Shown here piece after piece: positions 27,022 to 35,400 of a stretch of DNA of 64,000 nt. The notes under the pieces are model-generated. The model did no database searches and had not been told where the DNA came from. It saw only the letters and a program-made list of their open reading frames with translations. The DNA is taken from contig WRBO01000007.1 of assembly GCA_009784555.1 (NCBI GenBank), positions 139 through 64,138 of the forward strand, written 5' to 3'. Numbering within the stretch: the stretch's first letter is position 1; every line of letters begins with the position of its first letter. Origin of the DNA: Bacillota bacterium. Lineage in GTDB: Bacteria; Bacillota; Clostridia; Christensenellales; UBA1242. A program made the position numbers and the translations under genes.

Positions 27022-30000
27022 ATGGCTAAAGGATTTGATTTTGTGTCTAACGAACACAAATATTTGAAGATGTGGGATGATATGAACATCCTGCAAAAAA
27101 TGACCGACAAGAATGCGGGCGGGCCGCGGTTTCGTTTCCAAGACGGGCCGATTACCGCCAACGCGACAATGTGTATGCACCACGTTTGGGGTCGCACGTT
27201 AAAAGATGCCCAGTTAAAGTACAGAACCCTAAAGGGGCACAGCATGCATTACCAAAACGGTTTTGACGCACAGGGAATGTGGGTCGAGGTCGAGGTGGAA
27301 AAGTTATTAGGCTTGGGTTCCAAAAAGGAAATCGTGGAATACGGTTTGGATAAATTCACGGAAAAATGTATCGAGCGGGTTAAACACTTTGCCGATATGC
27401 AAACCCGTCAATCCATTCGGTTGGGGCAAATCATGGATTGGGATGACAGTCACTTTACAAACAGCGACGGTAACATCACCGCAATTTGGCACTTTTTGAA
27501 AGTATGTCACGAACGCGGATGGTTGAAAAAAAGTTATAAATCTATGCCGTGGTGTCCGCGTTGCGGAACATCGTTGTCCGAGCACGAGATGAGCGGTTCG
27601 TACAAGGAATTGTCACACCGTGCCGTGTTTGTGAAATACCCGATGGTAAACGGCGGCCAGAGTTTGCTGATATGGACGACAACGCCGTGGACGTTGACCG
27701 CGAATGTTGCGGTTGCCGTCAACCCAAACAACGATTATGTTGCGGCGCGCGTTAAATCGGACAAGAATTTGATAATCGTCGGGAAAGAGGCCGTAAAACG
27801 CCTCCAGGATGATTTGGTCGAAATCGTAGAGGAATTCAAGGGCAGCAAGTTGCTGGGGCAGGAATACCTGCGCCCCCTGGTTTTCAAAGGTCAGGATACA
27901 AAGGGCAAGGTCATCCCATGGGATGCGGTCGAGGCCGCCGAGGGTAGTGGTTTGGTACACATAGCCCCAGGTTGCGGTGCCGAGGACTTTGAACTGGGGA
28001 AATTACATAACCTGGAACCAATTATCCCTACCGACGAGGCAGGGGTTTTCGGCGAGGCATACGAATGGCTGAACGGTTTGGACACCGTGGCGGCCGAGGA
28101 TGTGATATTCAATAAACTGACCCAATTGGGCGTGATGTATTACACCCACAAATACAAACATAACTATCCGTTTTGTTGGCGTTGTAAAACCAACGTTATC
28201 TTTCGTTTGGTCGAGGGTTGGGACATCGCGACCGAGGCGGTCAAGCCCCAGATATTCAAGGCAATCGAAGAGGTAGAGTGGCAACCCGCATTCGCAAAGA
28301 AAATGATGGTTGATTGGATTACCCATATGGGCGATTGGAACATTTCGCGCAGGCGGTTTTATGGATTGCCATTGCCGTTTTATCCGTGTCAAAAGTGTGG
28401 ACACCTGCATGTAATCGGCAGCAAAGAAGAACTGTTTGAACGTGCAATCGACCCATACCTGATGCACGAAGATGTCATGCCGCATCTTCACCGTCCATAC
28501 ATCGACCAAGTGCGGATAGTTTGCGAAAAATGCGGCACAGGCGTTGACCGTGTTACGGATGTTGGCGATTGCTGGCTTGACGCCGGTATCATGCCGTTTT
28601 CAACAAAACAATATTTCACCGACAAAAAATGGTGGGCGGAAAATTTTCCAGCCGATTTGGTCACCGAGATGAAGGAACAAATCCGCCTTTGGTTTTATTC
28701 GATGTTGTTCATGTCGGTGGTGCTAGAGGGTCGTGCGCCATTCGCAAAGGTTTCATGTTACAGCACCATGTTGGACGAAGACGGTAAAAAGTTTTCAAAG
28801 ACCGGGCCAAAGAACATCCCGTTCGATACGGCCGCGGAAACATTCGGCGCGGATTCAATGCGTTATGTTTTCGCATCCGCCGCACCACAACACGACATGC
28901 GTTTCGGCCCGTCAATGATTGACGAGGCACGGCGCAAGCTGATGGCATTCCTGAACACCGTGACCTTTTACAATACATACGCCGACATTGACAAACCAAA
29001 TGTGTTGAAACACAAACCGACCGATTTGGACGTTACCGATGTTTGGTTGGTGGAAAAAACAAATGCCTTGGTCGCATTATGTGATACGGCATCGGCCGAC
29101 CATAAATTTTATTTGGCAATAGACGCGGTCGAGAAATTCGTCGACGACCTGTCTAATTTTTACATACGTACAAACCGCCGCAGATTTTGGAAAGGCGAGC
29201 GCGGCAATGACAAGGACAACGCGTATTGGGCCCTGTATAACGCCATACGCGCCGTTACCGTCATATTGGCACCGATTGTTCCGTTCTTTGCCGAACATGT
29301 GTGGCAAACGATGATGGTACCCGCGGGCGAATCGGCGGCATCCGTATTGTTGGCAAATTACCCAACGCAAACGAAATTGCCAAAGACAATCAAAGGCATT
29401 GTCCAAGGTGTCGAGTTTATCCAGAGCGTTACCACATTGGCGCATAAACTGCGCGCGCAACAGGGGTTAAAGGTAAAACAGCCATTGCGCACCATGTACG
29501 TAAAGGCCCCGCACACCGACGCGTTGAAATTGTTTGATGGATTCCTGCGCGATGAATTGAACGTCAAATCGGTCGAGATTGTCACCGACGAGGAAAAGTT
29601 CAACGTTCCATACCTGGTCGTTAACTTCAAAACGGCGGGGGCGAAACTGGGCGGTGATGTCCAGGAACTGCGCACCGCACTCTTGAACCTGTCTGATGCT
29701 GACATGGCCACGGCGGTTGCATCGTTTGCACGGGGAAAGGTTACCGTTGGACGGTTCGAAAACCTGGGTGCGGAATTGTTCGATAAAAAATTGAAATCCA
29801 AATCCGAATTCGTATCCGAAACCGAGGGCGATTTGACAGTGGTGTTGGATACGACCCTGGACGAACAATTGGTCGCCGAGGGCAAATTACGCGAATTGGT
29901 GCGGGGGATACAGGTCGCCCGTCAAGAAGCGAACCTGGACATAACCGCACGGATAAAATTGGGATTGTCGACCAAAGACAAGGCCATGGCAAAAATCATC

Positions 30001-30132
30001 GCGGATAATGTGGTGAAAATTTGTGAAGAGGTCTTGGCCACCGAATTGGTTGAACGGGTTGCGGGCGGTCACAAATCAAAGGCCGAAGTCGACGGAGCGG
30101 TCACAGAAATTAGTTTTCAAGTGGCGAAGTAA
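27022..30132 (+). CDS. ileS: Isoleucyl-tRNA synthetase (long, type-2-like)
   Basis: 1036 aa. Class-I HIGH-like region (MCMHHVWGRT), KFSKT (KMSKS motif), and a CP1 editing domain (TTTPWTL). Confidence 0.95.
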   Translation: MAKGFDFVSNEHKYLKMWDDMNILQKMTDKNAGGPRFRFQDGPITANATMCMHHVWGRTLKDAQLKYRTLKGHSMHYQNGFDAQGMWVEVEVEKLLGLGSKKEIVEYGLDKFTEKCIERVKHFADMQTRQSIRLGQIMDWDDSHFTNSDGNITAIWHFLKVCHERGWLKKSYKSMPWCPRCGTSLSEHEMSGSYKELSHRAVFVKYPMVNGGQSLLIWTTTPWTLTANVAVAVNPNNDYVAARVKSDKNLIIVGKEAVKRLQDDLVEIVEEFKGSKLLGQEYLRPLVFKGQDTKGKVIPWDAVEAAEGSGLVHIAPGCGAEDFELGKLHNLEPIIPTDEAGVFGEAYEWLNGLDTVAAEDVIFNKLTQLGVMYYTHKYKHNYPFCWRCKTNVIFRLVEGWDIATEAVKPQIFKAIEEVEWQPAFAKKMMVDWITHMGDWNISRRRFYGLPLPFYPCQKCGHLHVIGSKEELFERAIDPYLMHEDVMPHLHRPYIDQVRIVCEKCGTGVDRVTDVGDCWLDAGIMPFSTKQYFTDKKWWAENFPADLVTEMKEQIRLWFYSMLFMSVVLEGRAPFAKVSCYSTMLDEDGKKFSKTGPKNIPFDTAAETFGADSMRYVFASAAPQHDMRFGPSMIDEARRKLMAFLNTVTFYNTYADIDKPNVLKHKPTDLDVTDVWLVEKTNALVALCDTASADHKFYLAIDAVEKFVDDLSNFYIRTNRRRFWKGERGNDKDNAYWALYNAIRAVTVILAPIVPFFAEHVWQTMMVPAGESAASVLLANYPTQTKLPKTIKGIVQGVEFIQSVTTLAHKLRAQQGLKVKQPLRTMYVKAPHTDALKLFDGFLRDELNVKSVEIVTDEEKFNVPYLVVNFKTAGAKLGGDVQELRTALLNLSDADMATAVASFARGKVTVGRFENLGAELFDKKLKSKSEFVSETEGDLTVVLDTTLDEQLVAEGKLRELVRGIQVARQEANLDITARIKLGLSTKDKAMAKIIADNVVKICEEVLATELVERVAGGHKSKAEVDGAVTEISFQVAK

Positions 30133-30682
30133 TCCGCCGCCGCGCGCGTGTCCATCGCACGTAAAATATGATGATGGACGTCAGGGCAACGGTTTCGACA
30201 ATGATGGCCGTGATGTTCAAAAAGAACACGTAATTAATTCCCGTTATGATGATAAATGGAATTGTCGCAATTTTGATTGCATGTGCATTACCACGCCACA
30301 GGACAAATATCCGCACCAATGATACGCCGAATATTACCCATTCCAACCACCACGTGTTAAACATGTGCGCGGTAATAATCAACGGCACACATACGAAAAC
30401 CAGGACAATCAAACCTTGGCCCCATATAGGAATTTTTTTACCGCGGGTATCCAGATAAAGCAGAACTAGATTCCGCATAAGCATGCTGGCCCAAACCCCT
30501 GCCATCGCAAAGTTTTCAAGCAGCAATGTATTGGCAATCCAAAATACATTAGCCACGGCCATAAACATCAGGATTCGTCGCTTTGTCTTTTGTTGAAATA
30601 TAAGAAGGGCAATACAGAGTATCACCAGGCCCGCGACCTGACTTAATACCCATTGCCACATTGGAACGTTTATCTCGAACAT
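30110..30682 (-). CDS. Small polytopic inner-membrane protein (YgjV-like)
   Basis: 190 aa with about 6 TM helices. The family assignment is from memory of YgjV-like sequences only. Confidence 0.5.
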   Translation of the reverse strand: MFEINVPMWQWVLSQVAGLVILCIALLIFQQKTKRRILMFMAVANVFWIANTLLLENFAMAGVWASMLMRNLVLLYLDTRGKKIPIWGQGLIVLVFVCVPLIITAHMFNTWWLEWVIFGVSLVRIFVLWRGNAHAIKIATIPFIIITGINYVFFLNITAIIVETVALTSIIIFYVRWTRARRRITSPLEN

Positions 30683-30731
30683 GCATATAACTATACCCTA
30701 GATTTTTAAGTTGTGTTATAATTCCTATTAG

Positions 30732-31667
30732 ATGAAACAACCAAATTCATGGACCGAATATCAAATCATAGCCAGTGGCGGCGGGGAAAAGTTAGAGAAG
30801 TGGGGGGACATGTATCTCCTGCGGCCCGACCCCCAGGCCATATGGGCACCTGCTTTTGACTTGTCGGGGTTTCGGATGTTGCACGGTAAATACACACGTT
30901 CGGCCGCGGGTGGCGGCGCGTGGGAGTATTTCAAATCCGTCCCCGATGAATGGACGGTTTCGTATCGAAATTTGAAATTCATAATATCCCCGACCAATTT
31001 CAAACACACGGGATTATTCCCCGAACAGGCGGTTAATTGGGACCGTTGTGCCGAATTGATTGCGGGTGTGGGAAAGAGGCGAGGCAAGGATAGGGAAGAT
31101 AATTTTTCAAACCCAGCCGAGGGTGGGTCAAAGGTTTTGAACCTCTTTGGTTATTCGGGTGGGGCGACCGTCGCGGCCGCCGCCGCGGGGGCAAATGTCA
31201 CCCATGTTGATGCATCCCGCGGTATGACGGACGTGTGTCGGCGTAATGTCCAGCTGAATAAAATCCCCGACGACCGTGTACGGTATATTGTCGAGGATTG
31301 CGCCAAATTCGTTGCCCGCGAAATTCGTCGAGGCAAAACGTATGATGCCATTATTATGGACCCGCCTTCGTTCGGCCGTGGTGCCAATGGCGAGGTTTGG
31401 AAGATAGAAGCCCACCTGGACAACCTTGTCCAGCTGTGTTGCAAATTGCTGTCGGATAAACCGTTATTTTTCCTTATCAACAGCTATACAACGGGCCTGC
31501 AGCCCACCGTGATGATGAACGTGCTGTTGACCAATTTACGGCGCACGGGGTACGAGGGCAAAATTCGCGACATAGAGGCATATGAAATCGGCCTGCATAC
31601 CTTGGAAAATATTACATTGCCCGCGGGATGCAGTACAATGGCAACATTCAAGGACGGAGGGAAGTAA
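30732..31667 (+). CDS. Class I SAM-dependent methyltransferase (RlmI/RlmK-like rRNA m5C/m2G type)
   Basis: Motif I LNLFGYSGGATVAAAAAGA and motif IV IIMDPPSFG. Confidence 0.8.
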   Translation: MKQPNSWTEYQIIASGGGEKLEKWGDMYLLRPDPQAIWAPAFDLSGFRMLHGKYTRSAAGGGAWEYFKSVPDEWTVSYRNLKFIISPTNFKHTGLFPEQAVNWDRCAELIAGVGKRRGKDREDNFSNPAEGGSKVLNLFGYSGGATVAAAAAGANVTHVDASRGMTDVCRRNVQLNKIPDDRVRYIVEDCAKFVAREIRRGKTYDAIIMDPPSFGRGANGEVWKIEAHLDNLVQLCCKLLSDKPLFFLINSYTTGLQPTVMMNVLLTNLRRTGYEGKIRDIEAYEIGLHTLENITLPAGCSTMATFKDGGK

Positions 31668-31668
31668 A

Positions 31669-31986
31669 ATGGAAAAATGTTTATTTTGTGAATTAGGCAA
31701 GTTCGCGGTCGCCGAGAACGAGTTGGCATATATGATTTGGGATAAATTCCCCAAAACCCCTGGCCATGCGTTGATAATTCCAAAAGGGCACAGCCGAAAT
31801 TTCTTTGACGCAACGGCCGCCGAACATGCCGCGATGGCAGAGTTGTTACTTATCGCCAAACAAATGATTGATGAAAAACACAAGCCCGACGGATACAACA
31901 TTCAATCGAACATAGAGGTGGTTGCGGGCCAAGAGATTTTCCACACGCACCTGCATTTAATACCACGTTACAAAAAGGGGAATTAA
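31669..31986 (+). CDS. HIT family (histidine triad) hydrolase
   Basis: HTHLHLIPR triad and a CLFC zinc-ribbon-like N-terminus. Start at MEKCLFC. Confidence 0.9.
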   Translation: MEKCLFCELGKFAVAENELAYMIWDKFPKTPGHALIIPKGHSRNFFDATAAEHAAMAELLLIAKQMIDEKHKPDGYNIQSNIEVVAGQEIFHTHLHLIPRYKKGN

Positions 31987-31987
31987 T

Positions 31988-32707
31988 ATGGACAACCTTT
32001 CAATAATTCACGAAGACAACCACATCATCGTGGTGATAAAGCCGATGGGCGTGCCCAGTCAAGAGGACGCCAGCGGTGACCCCGACATGCTGACAATTAT
32101 CAAACAATACCGCAAAACGAACGAGGGCAAAGAAGGCTCGGCGTACGTCGGCCTGGTTCATCGCCTTGACCGTGTTACTGGTGGCGTTATGGTGTTCGCC
32201 AAAACGTCCAAAGCAGCGGCACGGCTATCGGCCCAATTGCAGGATGGCGGGTTTGCAAAGAAATACCTGGCGGTCTTGTCGGGTGTGCCGCGGGAACGTG
32301 TGGGGACGTTGGAACACTATCTTCTGAAGAATGAAAGATTGAACAAAGTCGACGTGGTTGGTGCGGCGGTCAGCGGTGCCAAACGCGCAGAGTTAAACTA
32401 TCGCGTGCGCACGATTGCGGCCGACAACACGTTGGTGGAAATTGATTTGATAACGGGGCGCAGCCACCAGGCACGCGTGCAAATGGCCACAATGGGCACG
32501 CCAATTTACGGCGACAACAAATACGGTAAAAATGAACGGGGCGGATTGGCGTTGTGGGCGCATGAATTACAATTCACACATCCAACAACCACCGACCGTA
32601 TGCGGTTCGTTGTAAACCCACCCGAGGACGGGGTTTGGGCGCAATTCGATTTCGCGCGCAAGAGCCACAAGACCAAAGACACACCACCAACAGAGGAGCA
32701 AATTTGA
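31988..32707 (+). CDS. RluA-family pseudouridine synthase (no S4 domain)
   Basis: HRLDRVTGGVMVFAK catalytic Asp motif. Confidence 0.9.
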   Translation: MDNLSIIHEDNHIIVVIKPMGVPSQEDASGDPDMLTIIKQYRKTNEGKEGSAYVGLVHRLDRVTGGVMVFAKTSKAAARLSAQLQDGGFAKKYLAVLSGVPRERVGTLEHYLLKNERLNKVDVVGAAVSGAKRAELNYRVRTIAADNTLVEIDLITGRSHQARVQMATMGTPIYGDNKYGKNERGGLALWAHELQFTHPTTTDRMRFVVNPPEDGVWAQFDFARKSHKTKDTPPTEEQI

Positions 32708-33414
32708 GAACCAAGATTTACGCAATATCCGACCTGCATCTGTCATTTTCCACCGACAAACCAATGGATTTGTTCGGCGGACATTGGACGGGGTACGAGG
32801 AAAAAATAAAAAAGGATTGGAATCGGCATGTCGGCCCCGACGACATAGGAATTATTGCGGGGGACATAAGTTGGGCCATGAAGATGAGCGACACCGATGC
32901 GGATTTCGATTACTTGCGGTCGTTGAACGGCACCAAGATAATCATTCGCGGCAACCATGATTATTGGTGGGATTCCATATCGCGGGTGCGCGCAAAATTG
33001 GGCGAGGGTATTCACGCATTACAAAATGACGCAATAAAAATCGACAACATAGTTTTCGCGGGAACACGCGGATGGAAGAGTCCCGAACGCACAACCAAGC
33101 AATCGGCCGAAGACAAAAAAATTTATGACAGGGAAGTCATCCGTTTGGAACTGGCCCTCTCGGACGCCGCCAAAAAGCGGCAAGAGGGCGACAAGTTGGT
33201 CGCAATCACCCATTACCCGCCGTTCAACGCACTGCGTGATGACAGTCACTTTACAGAATTAATGGAAAAATACAATGTCGACATTTGTATATACGGCCAC
33301 CTGCACGATAAACGCGGCGGCCGCAAAGAACTGGAAATAACAAAAGGAGGCGTACGATACCTCCTCACCAGTTGCGATTTGCTTGATTTCAATGTTGCTG
33401 TTGTAGAACTCTAA
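32704..33414 (+). CDS. Calcineurin-like metallophosphoesterase
   Basis: Motifs ISDLHL, GDISW, GNHDYWW and YGHLH. The TTG start at 32704 has a GAGGAG SD and overlaps the rluA-like stop. Confidence 0.85.
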   Translation: MRTKIYAISDLHLSFSTDKPMDLFGGHWTGYEEKIKKDWNRHVGPDDIGIIAGDISWAMKMSDTDADFDYLRSLNGTKIIIRGNHDYWWDSISRVRAKLGEGIHALQNDAIKIDNIVFAGTRGWKSPERTTKQSAEDKKIYDREVIRLELALSDAAKKRQEGDKLVAITHYPPFNALRDDSHFTELMEKYNVDICIYGHLHDKRGGRKELEITKGGVRYLLTSCDLLDFNVAVVEL

Positions 33415-33420
33415 AAATTT

Positions 33421-33516
33421 CCATTAGTCCGTGAGCTATGCTCACATGCATAAGAACCCCTACGGGAACCTTGTGCTTCGCGATAACACGTCACGAACAA
33501 GCTAAATCATGGTCGG
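33421..33516 (+). repeat. Hairpin repeat (module B), copy 2, between convergent genes
   Basis: CCATTAGTCCGTGAGCTATGCTCACAT followed by ATAAGAACCCCTACGGGAACCTTGTGCTTCGCGATAACACGT, which matches the reverse complement of 49903..49946. The ending AAATCATGGTCGG is shared with copy 1. Confidence 0.8.
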
Positions 33517-33517
33517 A

Positions 33518-34993
33518 TTAAAAATTCTCCACTGGCTTCTTAACCGTGTTGCGCTTTGCGCGGGTTTTTTGGTCTTTGGCCAAAATGTTGGTGTTGAAAC
33601 GGCCTTTTGCCAAATCAATTTCCAACGCGTCGCCCGTTTGAATATTTGCAAAGGCCCCGTTTTCGTGTGTTGCTGGCCGACACATGGACACGACCAAGAC
33701 ATCGCTTGGCTCGGCGTATCCGTCCGTTACGATTGCGATTTCGCCCGATTTACCCATACCCGCAATTGTCATTGCAACCGCCGAAACGTTCGCCCCGATT
33801 GCGTTGTGGATTACGACGACACCCTCGCTGACATGGCCGCTGGCGACTGCTTGGTCGGCGTCCTCTAGGCTGCTGTATGCCCATGCCTTGCCGCGGAATT
33901 GTAACGGCATGTTTTGTGCCCATATGTACGCGCCATCCTCGCACGCCGTTCCCTTTACAAATATCAATGGCGATACGGATGCGACGGCCTCTAACTCTGG
34001 CTTTTTGACTTTTGCCAATTTTCGTTCCAAGGTTGACCCCGTCATAACCAACGTGTCGCGGTCAATTATTTTAGGCAGGGCCGAGAGCTCTTTCATAATT
34101 ACCCATTCGCCGCCGATTGCCATAACACCCTCGACCGTTTGCGATTCGCGGGGCAACAATACGGGCACGCGTTTGGCCATTTCGCCGTAAACATCAAACC
34201 CCAGTTTATTGCCGTTTGCAATAACGATTTGGGCAATGTGAACCAGGGCATTGTACGATGCACCAACCGCCAAGGCAAACGCGCATGCATTTTGAAATGA
34301 TTGTTTTGTAAAGAATTTTTTTGCACCGACGAAATCCGCCGCGTTTTTAACGATTTGTTCACCTGCGCGGTAGCATGTTTGCGCGAATCCGCCACTGCCT
34401 TCGCGTCGGATGCTCTTTGCCACGCCCATAACCTTCAGGGTTAAAAAAAACGATGTCGCACTGTTTAACTGGTTGTCTAATCCCGTGTAATTCGACCGCC
34501 GCACGATTTCATCGTTAACGTCATCGGGGTCCAGGTTCGCCAACACACGGCCGTTCAACTCCATCGCGTGTGTGTCGAATTCCATGTTCATACCGTTCGG
34601 CATAACGATAACGGGGATGTTGCATTTAACACAACCAATGAGGAGGCCCGCAACGGTAATCTCGCATTCGCCGACGATGATAACGCCGTCGACCATGTTG
34701 GTTTTAATAATTGCCTCGGCATTGCGTGATGCGATGCGTTTGAAATCTTCGGCGAATTTTGCGCGCATTGGGTTGACCTTTGACATGAATCCGTACACGG
34801 GCACCGAATGCACCCAACCAACACCGCCCGCCGCACGAATACCCGACAATACGTGGTCAACCGCACCCGCCGACGCGCCCGCATCAATTATTGCGATGTT
34901 TGAAACCTCGCCATTCGTCGCCATTTGGCCTGTGTTGAATTGTGCGATTTGGCCGGCCAATTTCGCCCCAGGTACCAGTGTATTAAAATTCAT
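33518..34993 (-). CDS. IlvD/Edd-family dehydratase paralog with degenerate active-site motifs
   Basis: Colinear with dihydroxy-acid dehydratase (AAGGVG; NIPVIVMPNG; GASYNALVHI; AIVTDG; IQTGDALEIDL). Several catalytic motifs are replaced; see findings. Confidence 0.7.
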   Translation of the reverse strand: MNFNTLVPGAKLAGQIAQFNTGQMATNGEVSNIAIIDAGASAGAVDHVLSGIRAAGGVGWVHSVPVYGFMSKVNPMRAKFAEDFKRIASRNAEAIIKTNMVDGVIIVGECEITVAGLLIGCVKCNIPVIVMPNGMNMEFDTHAMELNGRVLANLDPDDVNDEIVRRSNYTGLDNQLNSATSFFLTLKVMGVAKSIRREGSGGFAQTCYRAGEQIVKNAADFVGAKKFFTKQSFQNACAFALAVGASYNALVHIAQIVIANGNKLGFDVYGEMAKRVPVLLPRESQTVEGVMAIGGEWVIMKELSALPKIIDRDTLVMTGSTLERKLAKVKKPELEAVASVSPLIFVKGTACEDGAYIWAQNMPLQFRGKAWAYSSLEDADQAVASGHVSEGVVVIHNAIGANVSAVAMTIAGMGKSGEIAIVTDGYAEPSDVLVVSMCRPATHENGAFANIQTGDALEIDLAKGRFNTNILAKDQKTRAKRNTVKKPVENF

Positions 34994-35051
34994 TCCAAAA
35001 CCTCCGTCTGTTCACCCTTTAAGTATCGTAATTTTATCGGTATAAGTCAAG

Positions 35052-35345
35052 AAAAAAGGCCCCTATAAGGGAGCCTTACTGTGTCGACCCCGGGTTCGAG
35101 GCTGGTACAATCGACGGGTTTTTGCACACACAGCTCGCGCAAAATTTGTCTGTGGCACACGCCTCGTCCGCTTAATGCTGCTTTGTTCCCAACCTGACAT
35201 GGTTCACGGATTCAACATTGCACAGGGTCTTGCGGTCAACACCGCGATGTACAAGACCCGCCGCTATACTTCACCCCTCAACCCGGGTATTCGGCCCGCC
35301 TTAGCGTGACGGCTACAAGGGCTCGCTACACCCCCACCTAGTCAA
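35052..35345 (-). ncRNA. ffs: Signal recognition particle RNA, large Bacillus/Clostridium type
   Basis: On the minus strand, CCATGTCAGGTTGGGAACAAAGCAGCATTAAGCGGA is the conserved helix-8 motif: a GGAA tetraloop closed by UUG/CAA, plus AGCAGC. An Alu-like 5' domain (GGGGGTGTAGCGAGCCC) is present. Promoter TTGCAA (35374..35379), 16 nt, TGaTATAAT (-10 at 35352..35357). Terminator AAGGCTCC..GGGGCCTT plus a T run at 35052..35077. Ends are approximate. Confidence 0.8.
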
Positions 35346-35400
35346 CAGGTAATTATATCACATATCACACGGTTTGCAAATAGAGAATTTTGTAAATCAG

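Noticed and set aside
27001-27022. Expected T-box leader upstream of ileS
   Set aside because: Only 20 nt separate the preceding stop from the ileS start, which leaves no room for a T-box or attenuator.
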